A stretch of DNA of 64,000 bases, taken from the NCBI GenBank assembly GCA_905178155.1, contig CAJINV010000005.1, forward strand, positions 8,595,591-8,659,590, in the 5' to 3' direction. Every line of letters begins with the position of its first letter. Within the stretch, counting starts at the first letter, position 1. This stretch comes from Amoebophrya sp. A120. Lineage: Eukaryota > Protista > Dinoflagellata. Of the stretch, positions 13,801-24,972 are shown piece by piece. Made by a program: the position numbers and the translations under genes. The notes under the pieces were generated by a model that was not told where the DNA came from, did not search any database, and saw only the letters and a list, made by a program, of their open reading frames with translations.

Positions 13801-15924
13801 TGACAGCCTTCTCAGCGGAAAGATAAGCTTCCCAGGAGTCAGCATTCGTCAACATCGCTATGGCCTCGGCGATCTCCTCACCATCGTCAAGCATGCCAAT
13901 AGCGCTCCAGTTCGCTGCGGCAAACGCCTCTGCGTTCTTCTTCAACTTTTCGAGCTGTGCTTTTGTGCGCCGAGAGCGTTTCTTCTTATCCTTGGCCCCT
14001 TTTGGACGTCCGCGGCCCGGTTTGGAGGTGCGGTTGCCAGCCACAACCCTCGCCGGTGCGTGACGCACCCTAACAGGACTAGAAGACGCTTCTCGAGCTT
14101 GTTCCCCTCCTCCATTGTTGCTCGCTGCGAGGTTCCCCTCCTCAGCTTGCGACAGTATAGGAGCTTCCGGGGACTCTACTGGACCTTCTTCCTCTCTGTC
14201 CAGTGTCTCCACTTGGAGTTCTAAGCCGGCGGTCGATTCCTCCGCGTGCCCCGCCCCATGAACCTCCAGGCGATGAGCCGAACGAGATTGCGAGTCTAGC
14301 CGTCCAAGCGCGGGTGGAACCGGTTGCGATGCGCCGCCTTGGAGATCTTCCAGGTAGTCCATCTGGACGAAGACTCCCTTCGAACTGGGTAGGAGCCGAG
14401 CGATGTTCTTGGCGAGTATATCCTCCCGGGACTTGACATCGCGAGTAGAATACTCGGCCCACCGATGCCCGTCTCTTGTCCGATCGTCTTGAACGAAGGT
14501 GCCCACGAGCCAGCCCGAAGACTTAGGACAAAGCCCGAGAAACACACCTCGACGAAAGGGCGGACTGAGCTTGGGACCTCCTTGTCCATCTCTGTCCGTC
14601 TTGATTTGTTCACGAAAGTAAACAAGACAACCAAAACGCCTGAGCAGGCCAATGCCTTGCTTCGCACTGTTCCTTCCTGTCCTCTTCTCAAGGATCTCTA
14701 TCGGAGTCTCTCCGTCATGCTCTGGCATCTTTGCATATTTATGCGGCAGCCGGTCCCAACAATCACCGCTGTAGACTATGGCATAGGACCACAGACGGCG
14801 ATCGACGTGAACCAACAGTGTGCGGCAGGAGCCGAACAGCGTCCGCATAAAACGTTCGCAAGTTCCGTTTTGCTCTGGATTGTGAGGAACAGTCGGAGCG
14901 TCACAGATCTGCAGCGATTGCATGACCTTGGTCATGTGCTCACACACTGCCCAGAACTGGCTCATTGTCCCGCCTCAGGAATCACGCGACCTTGTCACCC
15001 AAGGACAGTGACCAGTCTGCGCGAATGCCTTTGGTAATGTCTCCCAACTCCTCCACGCAGTCGCTCTCGTACAGAAGAGGCCTGGCAAAACACTTCTTGA
15101 TGGCATCACAGATACCAACAAGGACACAGGTGTGCTTCATGATAGACATGGGCTTCACACCGACACCGAAGTCAAACGCTAATAATTTTAGTGGTTGAGG
15201 TTTATAATTCTCAACGTTTCTTACTTTCGCATGTGGATTCCTCTGTCCTTTAGTTCTATCGCATTCGGGACCACTGACGTTGAGCCCGTCCACATGGAAA
15301 TGTCCAAGACGTCTGTGTAGCTCTAACTTAGTCAAGTAACAACTACTAGTAGATACCTCGGCGACAGACGTACAGACAAAGCCGTCCGCAGCATCTGCCT
15401 CCTGCAGGTCGAACAAGTTGCAACCAAGGATGGGAAGGCACATTCTGGGACGATTCTTTATGTCCAACACGCGGCCGGTACCAGTGTGAGCAATGGTTCC
15501 GCCGGTGCTGTGAAAGGTAAGCAAGCTCCCATCCTACTTGTGATGTGTTACCTTCACCGAGCCAAGGCGAAATCCTATCAGTGTCCTTTGGTAGATCTTT
15601 GAAATAAACACCATGTCGCAGGTTTAATTGGTTGGGTTGCAGTTCTCCTATAAATCCATCCCGTGCGCCAGCTGTTCCGTTGATGGTACAGCGCCGGCCC
15701 GTGATGTTCTTAAAATCATCAGCGTGCTTTGATAAGTATCTATTTGCACAGCTGTCAACTAGGTTTGCCTGCTTTGCACCTAGGTAGCTGGCTGCACAAC
15801 AATCAACAACAGACAACATAGCGACAGCAGAGTTAACCGAATCTACGAAACTCTTGTAATACACTTCATCCTCCTCAAAATTCAAACAACATCTTCCCCG
15901 TTCCGGATCTTGGTCATCGTCTCC
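10891..15924 (-). pseudogene. pol: copia pol (protease, integrase, RT, RNase H), frameshifted
   Basis: Protease LVDSCANRY; integrase LHRRLGH and PHNPEQNGTCERFMRTL; RT KARACVLG, TFAPV, DLDSAFLNA, KALYGLKDAPRAW, YVDD; RNase H FSDAGFA, STAESEYVA, WVDNQSAI. Confidence 0.95.
12165..13421. mobile_element. GC-rich non-autonomous TIR element inserted in copia RT
   Basis: 22-bp TIR tcaggcagccggcccg(a/t)ggcaa. GCTGCC direct repeat at 12159-12164 and 13422-13427. Removal restores PPIWAA|KHKTAVVKLHKALYG. Confidence 0.9.
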
Positions 15925-18136
15925 TCAGCTCGTTCCGGGCTTGCCGGATCCCGATCCAGCGCTAGCGTCATGCCAGACCCAGGCACCACCCCAGTCCTGG
16001 TAGACCGTGGGTTCACCGAAACCGGTGCACGCGTTGCCCCCTCCTTTGCCTTTGCCTTTGGGTTTCCCACCCGTAGACGCAGCAGCGGTAGGACACTCCC
16101 ACGCGTAGTGACCACAGTCATAGCATTTGTAGCACTGGGTATTCTTCTTGTACTCCTTGAACTTCTTGTCCTTCTTGCCCTTCCCCTTCTTGCGGGTAGA
16201 AGGATCACCGCCCTGGCTTGCGTGGACTTCGGCGGTAATTTTCTTTTTCAGTTTAGTCTTGAAACGCTTGAGAGTTTTTCCAGACATGAAAGCTTTACCG
16301 TCCTCATCGTTACCACTAGCCTGGGGGCGTTTCTTGGAAGCGGCAGTCTTGTCTTCGTCGTACTCAACCGCCGGGAACGCCTTGCCGAAGCTGGAGTTCT
16401 CCACCTTGTGCTCACCGTCCAGGCGGACGGCCCGGGGCGTGGATTCCGGCTATATTCCGGCTATGCATTGGCTAAATTTCTGCGCAGCCCGCGCGGCTTC
16501 CTTCTTCCTTGGGCCTGGGCCGCCCAAGCGCGCGGCGGCACCCTCCTCCCCATGTGTTGGGCAGCCGGGCGGCGGGTGCTTGTCGCGGCTGCATGTGCGG
16601 CCCGCGGCGCTAGTTTTTCGGCAGCCGCCCTAGCCGGGGCGCCGTCCTTGGCCGTTTTAAAATTTAAAAATTCGCAGCGTTTTCTTTCGGAATTTTCCGA
16701 AATTTTGCAGAGGCCGGCCCGCCTGCCCGAAGGAAATTTCTTCCAGAATTCATCCTGTCGCCGCCTGGGCGAGAGGAAAAATTTTAAAAGAAACCTTCGG
16801 CCGGATTCCGGCTAAAATCCGGCTAAATTGAGGATAAATTCCAAAAGAAATTCAGCTAAGTACTCAGCTAAGTACTCAGCTAAGTGCCCGGCTAAATTCC
16901 GGCTAAGTATCCGGCTAAATGTTGGGATAAATGCCGGAACAGGGAAAACGGGAAGGATTTGGGCCCGGGGGCCGTCCGGGCCCTCCGGCCCCCTCCCGAA
17001 GGACCCAATTTAGCAGAGCACTTAGAAGAGTATTTAGAAGAGTACTTAGCAGAGTTTTTTTTGGGGTCTCGACCCGAAATGCGGTCGCGAGTTAGCGAGT
17101 CCGGATGCAATTTAGCAGAGCACTTGCCCGCAGGCCCAGAAGGAATGTCCGGCGTTTTCCAGAAGGGCCTGCTTTGGTGGGTTGTCGGCGTGGCCGTCTT
17201 CGCAATACCGGGGTCGCGGAGTCGGGTCCGTCGCGCGCGGGCCGGGGGCGCTCCGAAGCCGCGCCGCGGCCGGAGTGCGGGCCCCGGGGAGCCCGGCCCG
17301 CCCGCTTCCGTCGTCTACGGAAGAACGGGCCGGAGCCCCAAATCGGAAGGGAGTGCGCCGCCTGGCCGCGCCACGTCCGGAAGTGCGGCCGCGGCCATTC
17401 GGCCTGCGCGCTTCCGGCTTTTCAATTTAGCCAGAAAATAGCGGCGGTTTAGCGCGTTGCCCCGCCCCGGGTCGTCCGCCTGACGACCGTCCTTGATCAT
17501 GGCCTGCAGACGGGTCGCCAACTTGTCACCCATCTGCTGCGTCGTCAGCTGGGCACCGTCCTCGACCATGCGCGCGATCGTGTCCTTGAAACCCCTGGAA
17601 AACATCTTGGGCAGGTAGTCTAAGACGTTCTGGACCTGTCGATCTTCAGGAGCACGAGCTAGGTCGGGCGAAAACACCGCAGGGGACTGGTCCATGACGC
17701 GCTTGACCTTGGCGAGGAAGGAAGGCGGGTCCTGAGGTTGGTCGCGGTCATCGAACTTCATCGATTCGAGACACGCAGCGCGGATTTTCTGCTGGGTCCT
17801 GTTCTGCTGGTTGTAATGACCTTCATCACGCAGCTCCAAATACAACTCTCCGGCATTCAGAATGTTGCAACTCGGGCGAGCGTGCAGCCAGGTCTTACAA
17901 GAACCAGTCAAGGACTTCAGCATCGCGGCTTTCAGGTTGCGCCATTTCTGAGCAACCGCCTCAGCCTGTTGACCGACTCCTCCGGGGAGACCGGGCTGAC
18001 CGAGATTGGCGACGACGTTGTCGAAGTACACTCCTAGTCCGAGGCGCTCGACCTCCTCACGGACAGAGCGATCCCATTCGATCCAGCCAGTCGCATCCGG
18101 CAGCTTCGCGGCGATCTCTGCGGATACCGCAGTCAT
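15925..18136 (-). pseudogene. gag: copia gag, interrupted by the insertion at 16420-17483
   Basis: ORFs 17315-18136 and 15925-16404 join in frame (MIKDG|EHKVENSS) when the insertion is removed. CCHC knuckle CYKCYDCGHYAWEC. Confidence 0.88.
16420..17483. mobile_element. GC-rich non-autonomous TIR element inserted in copia gag
   Basis: 20-bp TIR caggcggacg(g/a)cccggggcg. ACCGTCC direct repeat at 16414-16420 and 17486-17492. Internal 12-bp repeat arrays. Confidence 0.88.
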
Positions 18137-18205
18137 CTTGTTTTCTTAATGAATCTACTGCCACTAGTGTAAGTAGCACAGATTGGCGTCTAAGTCGCAG
18201 CGCAG

Positions 18206-18771
18206 TGTTGGACTTTGAACACACCTGCCACACTGAGTGACCAAAGCTTCTACCTTCGAGAGGTCTCTAACACGTTCAAGCACTTCAATCTCTCAGCAGA
18301 CAGGGCGAAAGCATCTGGCTGCGTTGCATCCTGTGAAGATTCATCATGCAAGGTTCACCATAGTCATCATTCCATCATCACAGGCTCTGAGGCTCCAGAT
18401 CTCTAGTCATTCTGGGACCTACTTCCCACTCTGTATGGGTGCGATTTTATCAGGGCCGGAGGTCCCTGGTAGAGTTTTTATCTAGGCCGGAGCTCCTTGA
18501 TAAAGTCTTGATCCAGGATTTGGCTAGATTCTGGACCATTCTGAGATCAGCCAAATCGGTGCCGTAGGTAGGAGCCTGCGTAGGGATTTGATCTAGGGCC
18601 CGGGTCCCTGGTAAAGATTTTACCAGGGTCGCCGGTCCTTGATAAAATCCGAACCACGAGAGCCTGATCTACTCAAATTCTTCATCATTTGCATTTGGAG
18701 AGCAGGCATTTCGGGATCTCTGAGAAGCTTCAGTCTTGCGCGGAGGTAGGGTTTAGATCACATGGCCAACA
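18206..18771 (-). repeat. 5' LTR of the copia element
   Basis: tgttggactttgaac...catggccaaca, lying just upstream of the gag ATG at 18136. Confidence 0.95.
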
Positions 18772-20400
18772 ATTAGAGCACTACTATTATCGAAGATCGA
18801 GGAACTATAGCTGCAAAGAAAGAAATGCAAATCCTTTTCATCTACAATGCCCGTTCGTGTAACCAGATAGTTTTTTCGAACAAGATTCGGACGCAACGGG
18901 AACGGTAGTGGAGAAGGAGATATCTACTAGAACAACAAGACTGAAACATGTGAGAGGCTGACACCGCCCAGGACGACCAGGTCATCCAGGACGGTAAGTA
19001 GGCTTTGATCGTGACTTTCGGTCTTGATACTCAAAACAATATTTTAAAATTTGCCTCCGCCTCGGTATACAAGAATGTAGAAATTGGGGCGGTATGGTGC
19101 TATATTACAGATCGCCCAACACAGTCGTACAGCACAGCTACCGAATCGCTCACATCAAAAATCGCACTACCACCACTAGCACGTCAAAAAACGCGAAAGA
19201 CCGATGCTACGGGCGCGACCATTCAGATGCGTTTACAAATATTTTTCACAGAAGGGAGAAGCTGAAGGGATATTTTATTTCGAATCGTCGGGACGCGTGA
19301 TTTGTCGGGCAACTAAAACTATATGTACCCAATTCCGGAAAAAAAATGAGCGAGGAATTGTAACAAAGAAATGCAGCAAGCCCCTTCGTCTACAATGCCC
19401 GTGCCAGTTCGTGTATGATTCATTCTATTATCCGCAAGGGCAAGCGTCGCAATAAAGGGCTAGAATTCATCTTGTGGCGGTTGCGAACAATATGCGATGA
19501 CTTCAAAATTTTTCGGTACTACAGCAATTCATCACTAGCTTGCATTACTCATGGGCATAACAAGTACAACTAGCCTTCTTACTCTGAAGATTTCTCCATC
19601 GTGGAGTTTTAAGTTGTTCAACAGCATAGCACCAGTGCGTCTACAACTTCTCGCAGGAGTACTAGACCGCTGGTTGAAATTGAAAACTGAAGGTGGAAAG
19701 TAAAGTATACAAAAGTAGCCATTGAAAGGAAACAAGCAATAAAGTAGTGCGGCCCGACTAAATCTTCTCGAAGATAGAAGTGGACCAGCATGATCGGATG
19801 ATGCTTTAGTATTCAGGTAGAAGTAGAAACAACTAAAACAACATCAACAGCAGCAACAACAACAACAACAACAGCAACCTCCTTTCCGGGTAGTATTACT
19901 TGTACTGTAATTACGCGGGATGTTGATGATGATGAGCAAACGCAAAGAAACGGCTGATAGCGCCTTCTTGTCGTCTTCTGAGAACTTCTGCACTGGCAAC
20001 AAGAAGTAGAGGTACTATCTTTATCCATCATGTTCGAGTTGATGAAGAAGTCGTAAAGAAAAAAAGCCTATTCCTATTGGACGAGGACAACTGTCTCATG
20101 TGTTCTTGTTTTTGTGGTTCGTATTTGTCACAGCGTCGGCCTCGTCGCTGGTTTCTTTTCCAGCGCCGGCTCGAGCGGCTGGGTTTCTGCGAAGTAGATA
20201 CTAGCTCTCGGTGCTGACGATGCTGAAAAAGAAACGATCCGAAACGAAAATAATTTTTTGATGTGTACTCTGTGATGTAAGTAGGAGTCGGTAAGAACGT
20301 AGTGGAAAATTAAAGTTCATCATGCGCAGATGATATTACAGCTTAGCTGCGGACGCAGGAACAAACAGGATCAAAATCGCAAATGCTGTGCTGAAGCGAT

Positions 20401-20482
20401 CATCACAGTAGACTTGGACTTACTATATCTATACACGAGGTCATCACAGTAGACTTGGACTTACTATATCTATACACGAGGT
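20401..20482. repeat. Exact 41-bp tandem duplication
   Basis: catcacagtagacttggacttactatatctatacacgaggt present twice in tandem. Confidence 0.95.
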
Positions 20483-21112
20483 CGGTTTGTTGAAAAATAA
20501 AGATTCCGCTTCATCAGGAGGAGTCGGATTTCCGTTTTTCTCTAGTAGGTGGCAAGAATGAAAAAAATCGGTTACATGAACAACTTCAAGTTTATGTTTG
20601 TCGCCGCTGCTGCCTCATAGTCATCCTGCTGATCGTGATCAAAATTAGATAAATGGCGAAGACATGATCAACATCTGACCGGTGCTTTGCAACTTTTGAT
20701 GTTGTGCGAAAGAACCCAAAGCCAATCATGATCTTTTATCTTGTCGCGACTCGTTCACAGCTATCTATTATTACCAACTCGCGCCTCCTGCTCTCACGAT
20801 TTTTCCTAAATTACAACTACTAGTATAATTTTCTCGCACAACACCTACTTTCGGAAGAAACAAAGCACTTACTTACAACGCTGTCACGTAGAAGCAACTA
20901 AGTTCGCTGAGGACCTCATCTTGGACATTCTTCTTCTTCTTTGTTCAGCACGCCTCACGCGCTTCTATTCGTATTCGTAAAACCTTGAGGTCTTCTGCCG
21001 CTGCTCTTACAAATAAACCCTATATCATTTGTACTTTTCTACTAATTGCAAACGCTACACCTTTTAGCTCATCCCCCCTACTGCTTCTACTGAAGGCGAA
21101 GACTTGACCATC

Positions 21113-22042
21113 ATGATGCGTACGGCGTTTCTGCTCATCGGGTGTTTGTCCTGTAGTTTTCAGTTTCCTGAGGGAATGATTTCTGTCGCAGGATTCGTAA
21201 TGCGCTCAGGCTTGTTGGGAGCGACGGCACGGTTGCCACAAGGAGGACCAAAAGAACGTGCACAGAGCAAGGCCGAGCCGCTGGATCTAGAGATGGGTCT
21301 AGAAGTTCCGGTCGGCCTCGAGCAAGAACCACGCAACTGCCGACGGCCGCGAGCAAGAACCCCGTCTCGCTCGCCTTCGCCTGCGCTTCAACATGCTGGC
21401 GCGCCGTCGTCCAACCCCTATGCGGGCTTCGCCGCAGATCTGGCGGACGCGAGTTCTCCTGGGGGCTGTGCTATGTGGACCCTGGGGGCTGTGGTCAAGT
21501 GCGGCGACATAGTTAATTCCACCATAGGCAAGTACGGACTGCCGCGAGCAGTCAGATCGAGAACCCCGCTTCGCTCGCCTTCGCTTGGAGGTTTGCGCCA
21601 CACATCTGAAGACGCCAACGGGGATTCCGCGGGGCCACCCGACACAATTGTGACAATTGAAGGCAGTGAACACGTTGACGCGCCGCCCTCGTCCAACTAC
21701 GATGCGGACGTCGCCGCAGATCTGGCGGAGGCGAGTACCCCTAGAGGCCGTGTCGCGGGTACCCTGACGAAGTGCGACGAGGACATGGGCACTGCCATAC
21801 GCAACTGCCGACGGCAAGCAAGAGCCCCGGCGTCTCGCTCGCCTTCGCGTGAAGGTTTGCGCCACACATCTGGAGACGCCGGCGGGGATAGGGATTCCGC
21901 GAGGCCACTCGACACGATTGTGACAATAGAAGGAAGTGAGCAAGAAGATGTTGACACGCGGCCGTCGTCCAACGACTATGCGGACTTCGCCGCAGGTCTG
22001 GCGGAAGCCAGTTCCCCTGGGCGGGGCTGTGTCGTGTGCTAA
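21113..22042 (+). CDS. Intronless predicted secreted protein with three internal repeats and a C-terminal CVVC (CaaX-like)
   Basis: Hydrophobic N-terminus MMRTAFLLIGCLSCSF. Three repeats of R..R.P.RSPS...PSSN.YA.FAADLA(D/E)AS.P. Ends GRGCVVC-stop. Confidence 0.75.
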   Translation: MMRTAFLLIGCLSCSFQFPEGMISVAGFVMRSGLLGATARLPQGGPKERAQSKAEPLDLEMGLEVPVGLEQEPRNCRRPRARTPSRSPSPALQHAGAPSSNPYAGFAADLADASSPGGCAMWTLGAVVKCGDIVNSTIGKYGLPRAVRSRTPLRSPSLGGLRHTSEDANGDSAGPPDTIVTIEGSEHVDAPPSSNYDADVAADLAEASTPRGRVAGTLTKCDEDMGTAIRNCRRQARAPASRSPSREGLRHTSGDAGGDRDSARPLDTIVTIEGSEQEDVDTRPSSNDYADFAAGLAEASSPGRGCVVC

Positions 22043-24648
22043 ATTGGTACGCACGGCCAGGCGCCGGACCTGGATAAAAGCAGAAGCCAGTCGTAAGCGA
22101 AGGCCCCCCCCCGGGTCACGATTTATTATAAATATCGCTGCCGTCCTCGTTCCTGCTGGAGTGTTGGACTTTTTACGAGTTTGACACTGCTATCTCACTG
22201 TACTACACGACCCGGAAAAGGTACTGCTCACGAATGGATCGAGGAATTATATTCTTATTATCGAAAAGCGAGGGACTATAGCAAAAGCAAAGAAAACAAG
22301 TAACGCAATAAACCCTTTTGATCTCCAATGCCCGTACCCGTTCGTGTAACAAGATAGTTTTTTCGAACAAGGTTCAGATGCAATGGGAACGGTAGTGGAG
22401 AAGGAGATATCTACCAGAACAAGACTGAAACATGTGAGAGGCTGACACCGCCCAGGACGACCAGGTCATCCAAAGCGGTAGGCTTTGATCGTGACTTTCG
22501 GCCTTGATACTCAAAACAATATTTTAGAATTTGCTTCCTGTTCTAAAAATTTCTCCATCGTGGAGTTTTAAGTTGTTCAACAGGAGCATAGCATCAGTGC
22601 GTCTACAACTTCTCGCAGGAGTATTGACCGCTGGTTCTGATTGAATGAAAACTGAAGGTGGAAAGTAAAGTATACAAACGTAGCCGTGGAGAGAAAAGCT
22701 AAAGCAAAGTATAAGTAGTGCGGTCCCACTATTAAATCTTCCCGAAGATAGAGTTGGGCCATCGCCATTGGATGATGTATAAGTAGGAACAACCAAACAA
22801 CTACACGGGAAGTTGATGTTGAGCAAAGAAACGGCTGGTGGCCCCTTGTTGTCTTCTGGGAACTCCTGCACTGGCAACAAGAAGGGGTACTATCTTTATC
22901 TATCGATCATTTGAAGAATTCGGAAAGAAAAAGGCCTACTGGACGAGGACAACTGCCTCGTGTGTTCTTGGGCGGGGTTTCCAAAGCGGTGGCTGGAGGA
23001 CGGGAGAGCAAGGACATCATCAATGCGGTGCTGCTAATGGGATACCTGCATTTGAAGGATCAGCTGCCGTCGAAGATGGAGGAGTTGTGAGAAGCTAAAG
23101 CGGGGGAACTGGAGGGAAAGAGGAAAAGGGATTGTAGAGGACGAAAAGAAGGATATCTATTTAGGCACTACAAGGTTATAAGCTTATTTACTTATAGATC
23201 TGGCGTCTGACCTGCGGGCGGCTGGAGAATGCAAGAAAGACTTTCTGGAAAAACTAAAGAACGAAGAGACCAAGCACATGCAAACCGAAAACAAAGAGGG
23301 ATAGATATAAAAAGCACTACGTGTATGATTTTTGATTTATTTAAAGGTAAAAGACTACAAGAAAACACTAAGGGATAGAGCGTAGAAACGACATCGAGGA
23401 TTTTTTCGGATCACGTCGTACCTAGGGCGACTGTGTTTCAAAAAATGTAAATCTCGATCGGTCGGCACTCGCTGGAGGTAATGTTCACATCAAAAACGCA
23501 AATCTGTAATGCAAATTTCGAAGAACCCACAGCACAAAATCGGAACATAACTTTTTTACAAATCGTAGATGAAAATGCAACTCAAAGAAGTCGGCTCGTA
23601 GCAAAGGGAAAACAGGATGTCGGTCTCTCGGGAAATCGATCGTGCAAAAAGTGATGTCGTGCAATGCTACAAATGTCGTTTTTATAGAGTTTAAAGCGCG
23701 TTTTCAAATATTAGCTCTTCAAAAATTGTCACACAACTGTCTCCCAGGGTCATGTCGTGCGCTTAAAGAATTCACGGTAGGCACGGTTAGACTTTACCAC
23801 TCGAGTCCGTTTGTTAACAGCTCTCGAGTACATGACCCAAAAAACTGCATGACAGATTTGAAAAAAGACGGTGATGATGATTTAGAGATTTGGAAAAAGA
23901 AGAAAAACAAAAACAAAAACAACACCACGCGATGGGTATTCGAGTTTGAAAATAGGTTTGCTTTGTTTTGATTTTTGTGTTCTACCCTTTGTACGTGACC
24001 AGTAGACAGAGCAAAGGTAAGACTCTCGAGAAATATTTGTTTTTGTGGTTTGTATTTGTTACAGTGTCCTCGACCCCGTCGCTGGTTTTCGTTCCAACGG
24101 CGGCTCGATTATAAAGAACTTCAGGAAGAAGTGCAGTCATGAATTCAACAAAAATGCTGAGATAATAGTTAAGAAAACAAACGACACGCATTGGATAAGG
24201 GCCAGGAACGTAAACAGCTGCTGACACGATTTCAGTAGCATTACAAACAAGAAGAGAAGTAAGAGTGTGTGCTTTATCATAGGCTGGTTTGGACTTGATA
24301 AAAAAGTTTTCGGAGCGGTACGACGTGGTCTCACATCACGATAAAGGTTTCATCTGTAGCGAAGAACGAAGTAGCACTGGAGTGAGAGAACTTATTTACA
24401 GCAGATTTGTGGTGTATCTGATGAAGTAGAAAAAACAACTTCATCGGCGCAAGAACAAGAAGCTACTATTTTTACACGAGAAAGCCAAGAAACGGTTTTG
24501 GTGGAAGAAGAGTCGCACAGTGTTGCGGGTCCTCGTTGGCGTAAACTACAACTACAACGTAAATGCTATGCAAAAGTAGTGCAGTTGTAGCTCTAGCTGT
24601 AGGTGTACTTGAGATCATCTGACTTTGTAATTGCTCAAAGTCATTGGA

Positions 24649-24902
24649 TATGGATTGCAAAAATGTCTGGGTCTGGAAGGTTGGAACTTGTAATGCTAGC
24701 TTTCCATACGTACAGAATCTGTATTGCATAAACAACAAAAGGCGCAGCCTCTTTTCTACAGGCAAAAACGCAACTTCTCATGCGGATTGCCTATGAGAAA
24801 GCGTTCTGGAAAGTTGTCATGCTTGGTTGCATTCGGAACTGTTTCCATCATCCACATTTTAGCATCACAAGTTTCCAGACCCAGACATTTTTACATCTGA
24901 TA
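24649..24902. mobile_element. Introner (family A) in the probable 5' UTR of SPEF1
   Basis: tatggattgcaaaaatgtctgggtctggaa ... ttccagacccagacatttttacatctgata, flanked by ttgga/ttgaa. Confidence 0.8.
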
Positions 24903-24972
24903 TTGAATTGCGCCACCACCCCGTCCGGTAGTTCTTGGGAAATAACTTGGATTTGCACTTCTATCTTCAAAC

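Larger units (their letters stand above)
10110..18771 (-). mobile_element. Ty1/copia LTR retrotransposon, full length, decayed
   Basis: Two 566-bp TG..CA LTRs. 5-bp target duplication ATTAG at 10105-10109 and 18772-18776. Domain order on the minus strand is gag-PR-INT-RT-RNaseH. Several frameshifts and two nested insertions. Confidence 0.97.

Noticed and set aside
23420-23750. Possible TIR element
   Set aside because: The end similarity is weak and no target duplication was found.
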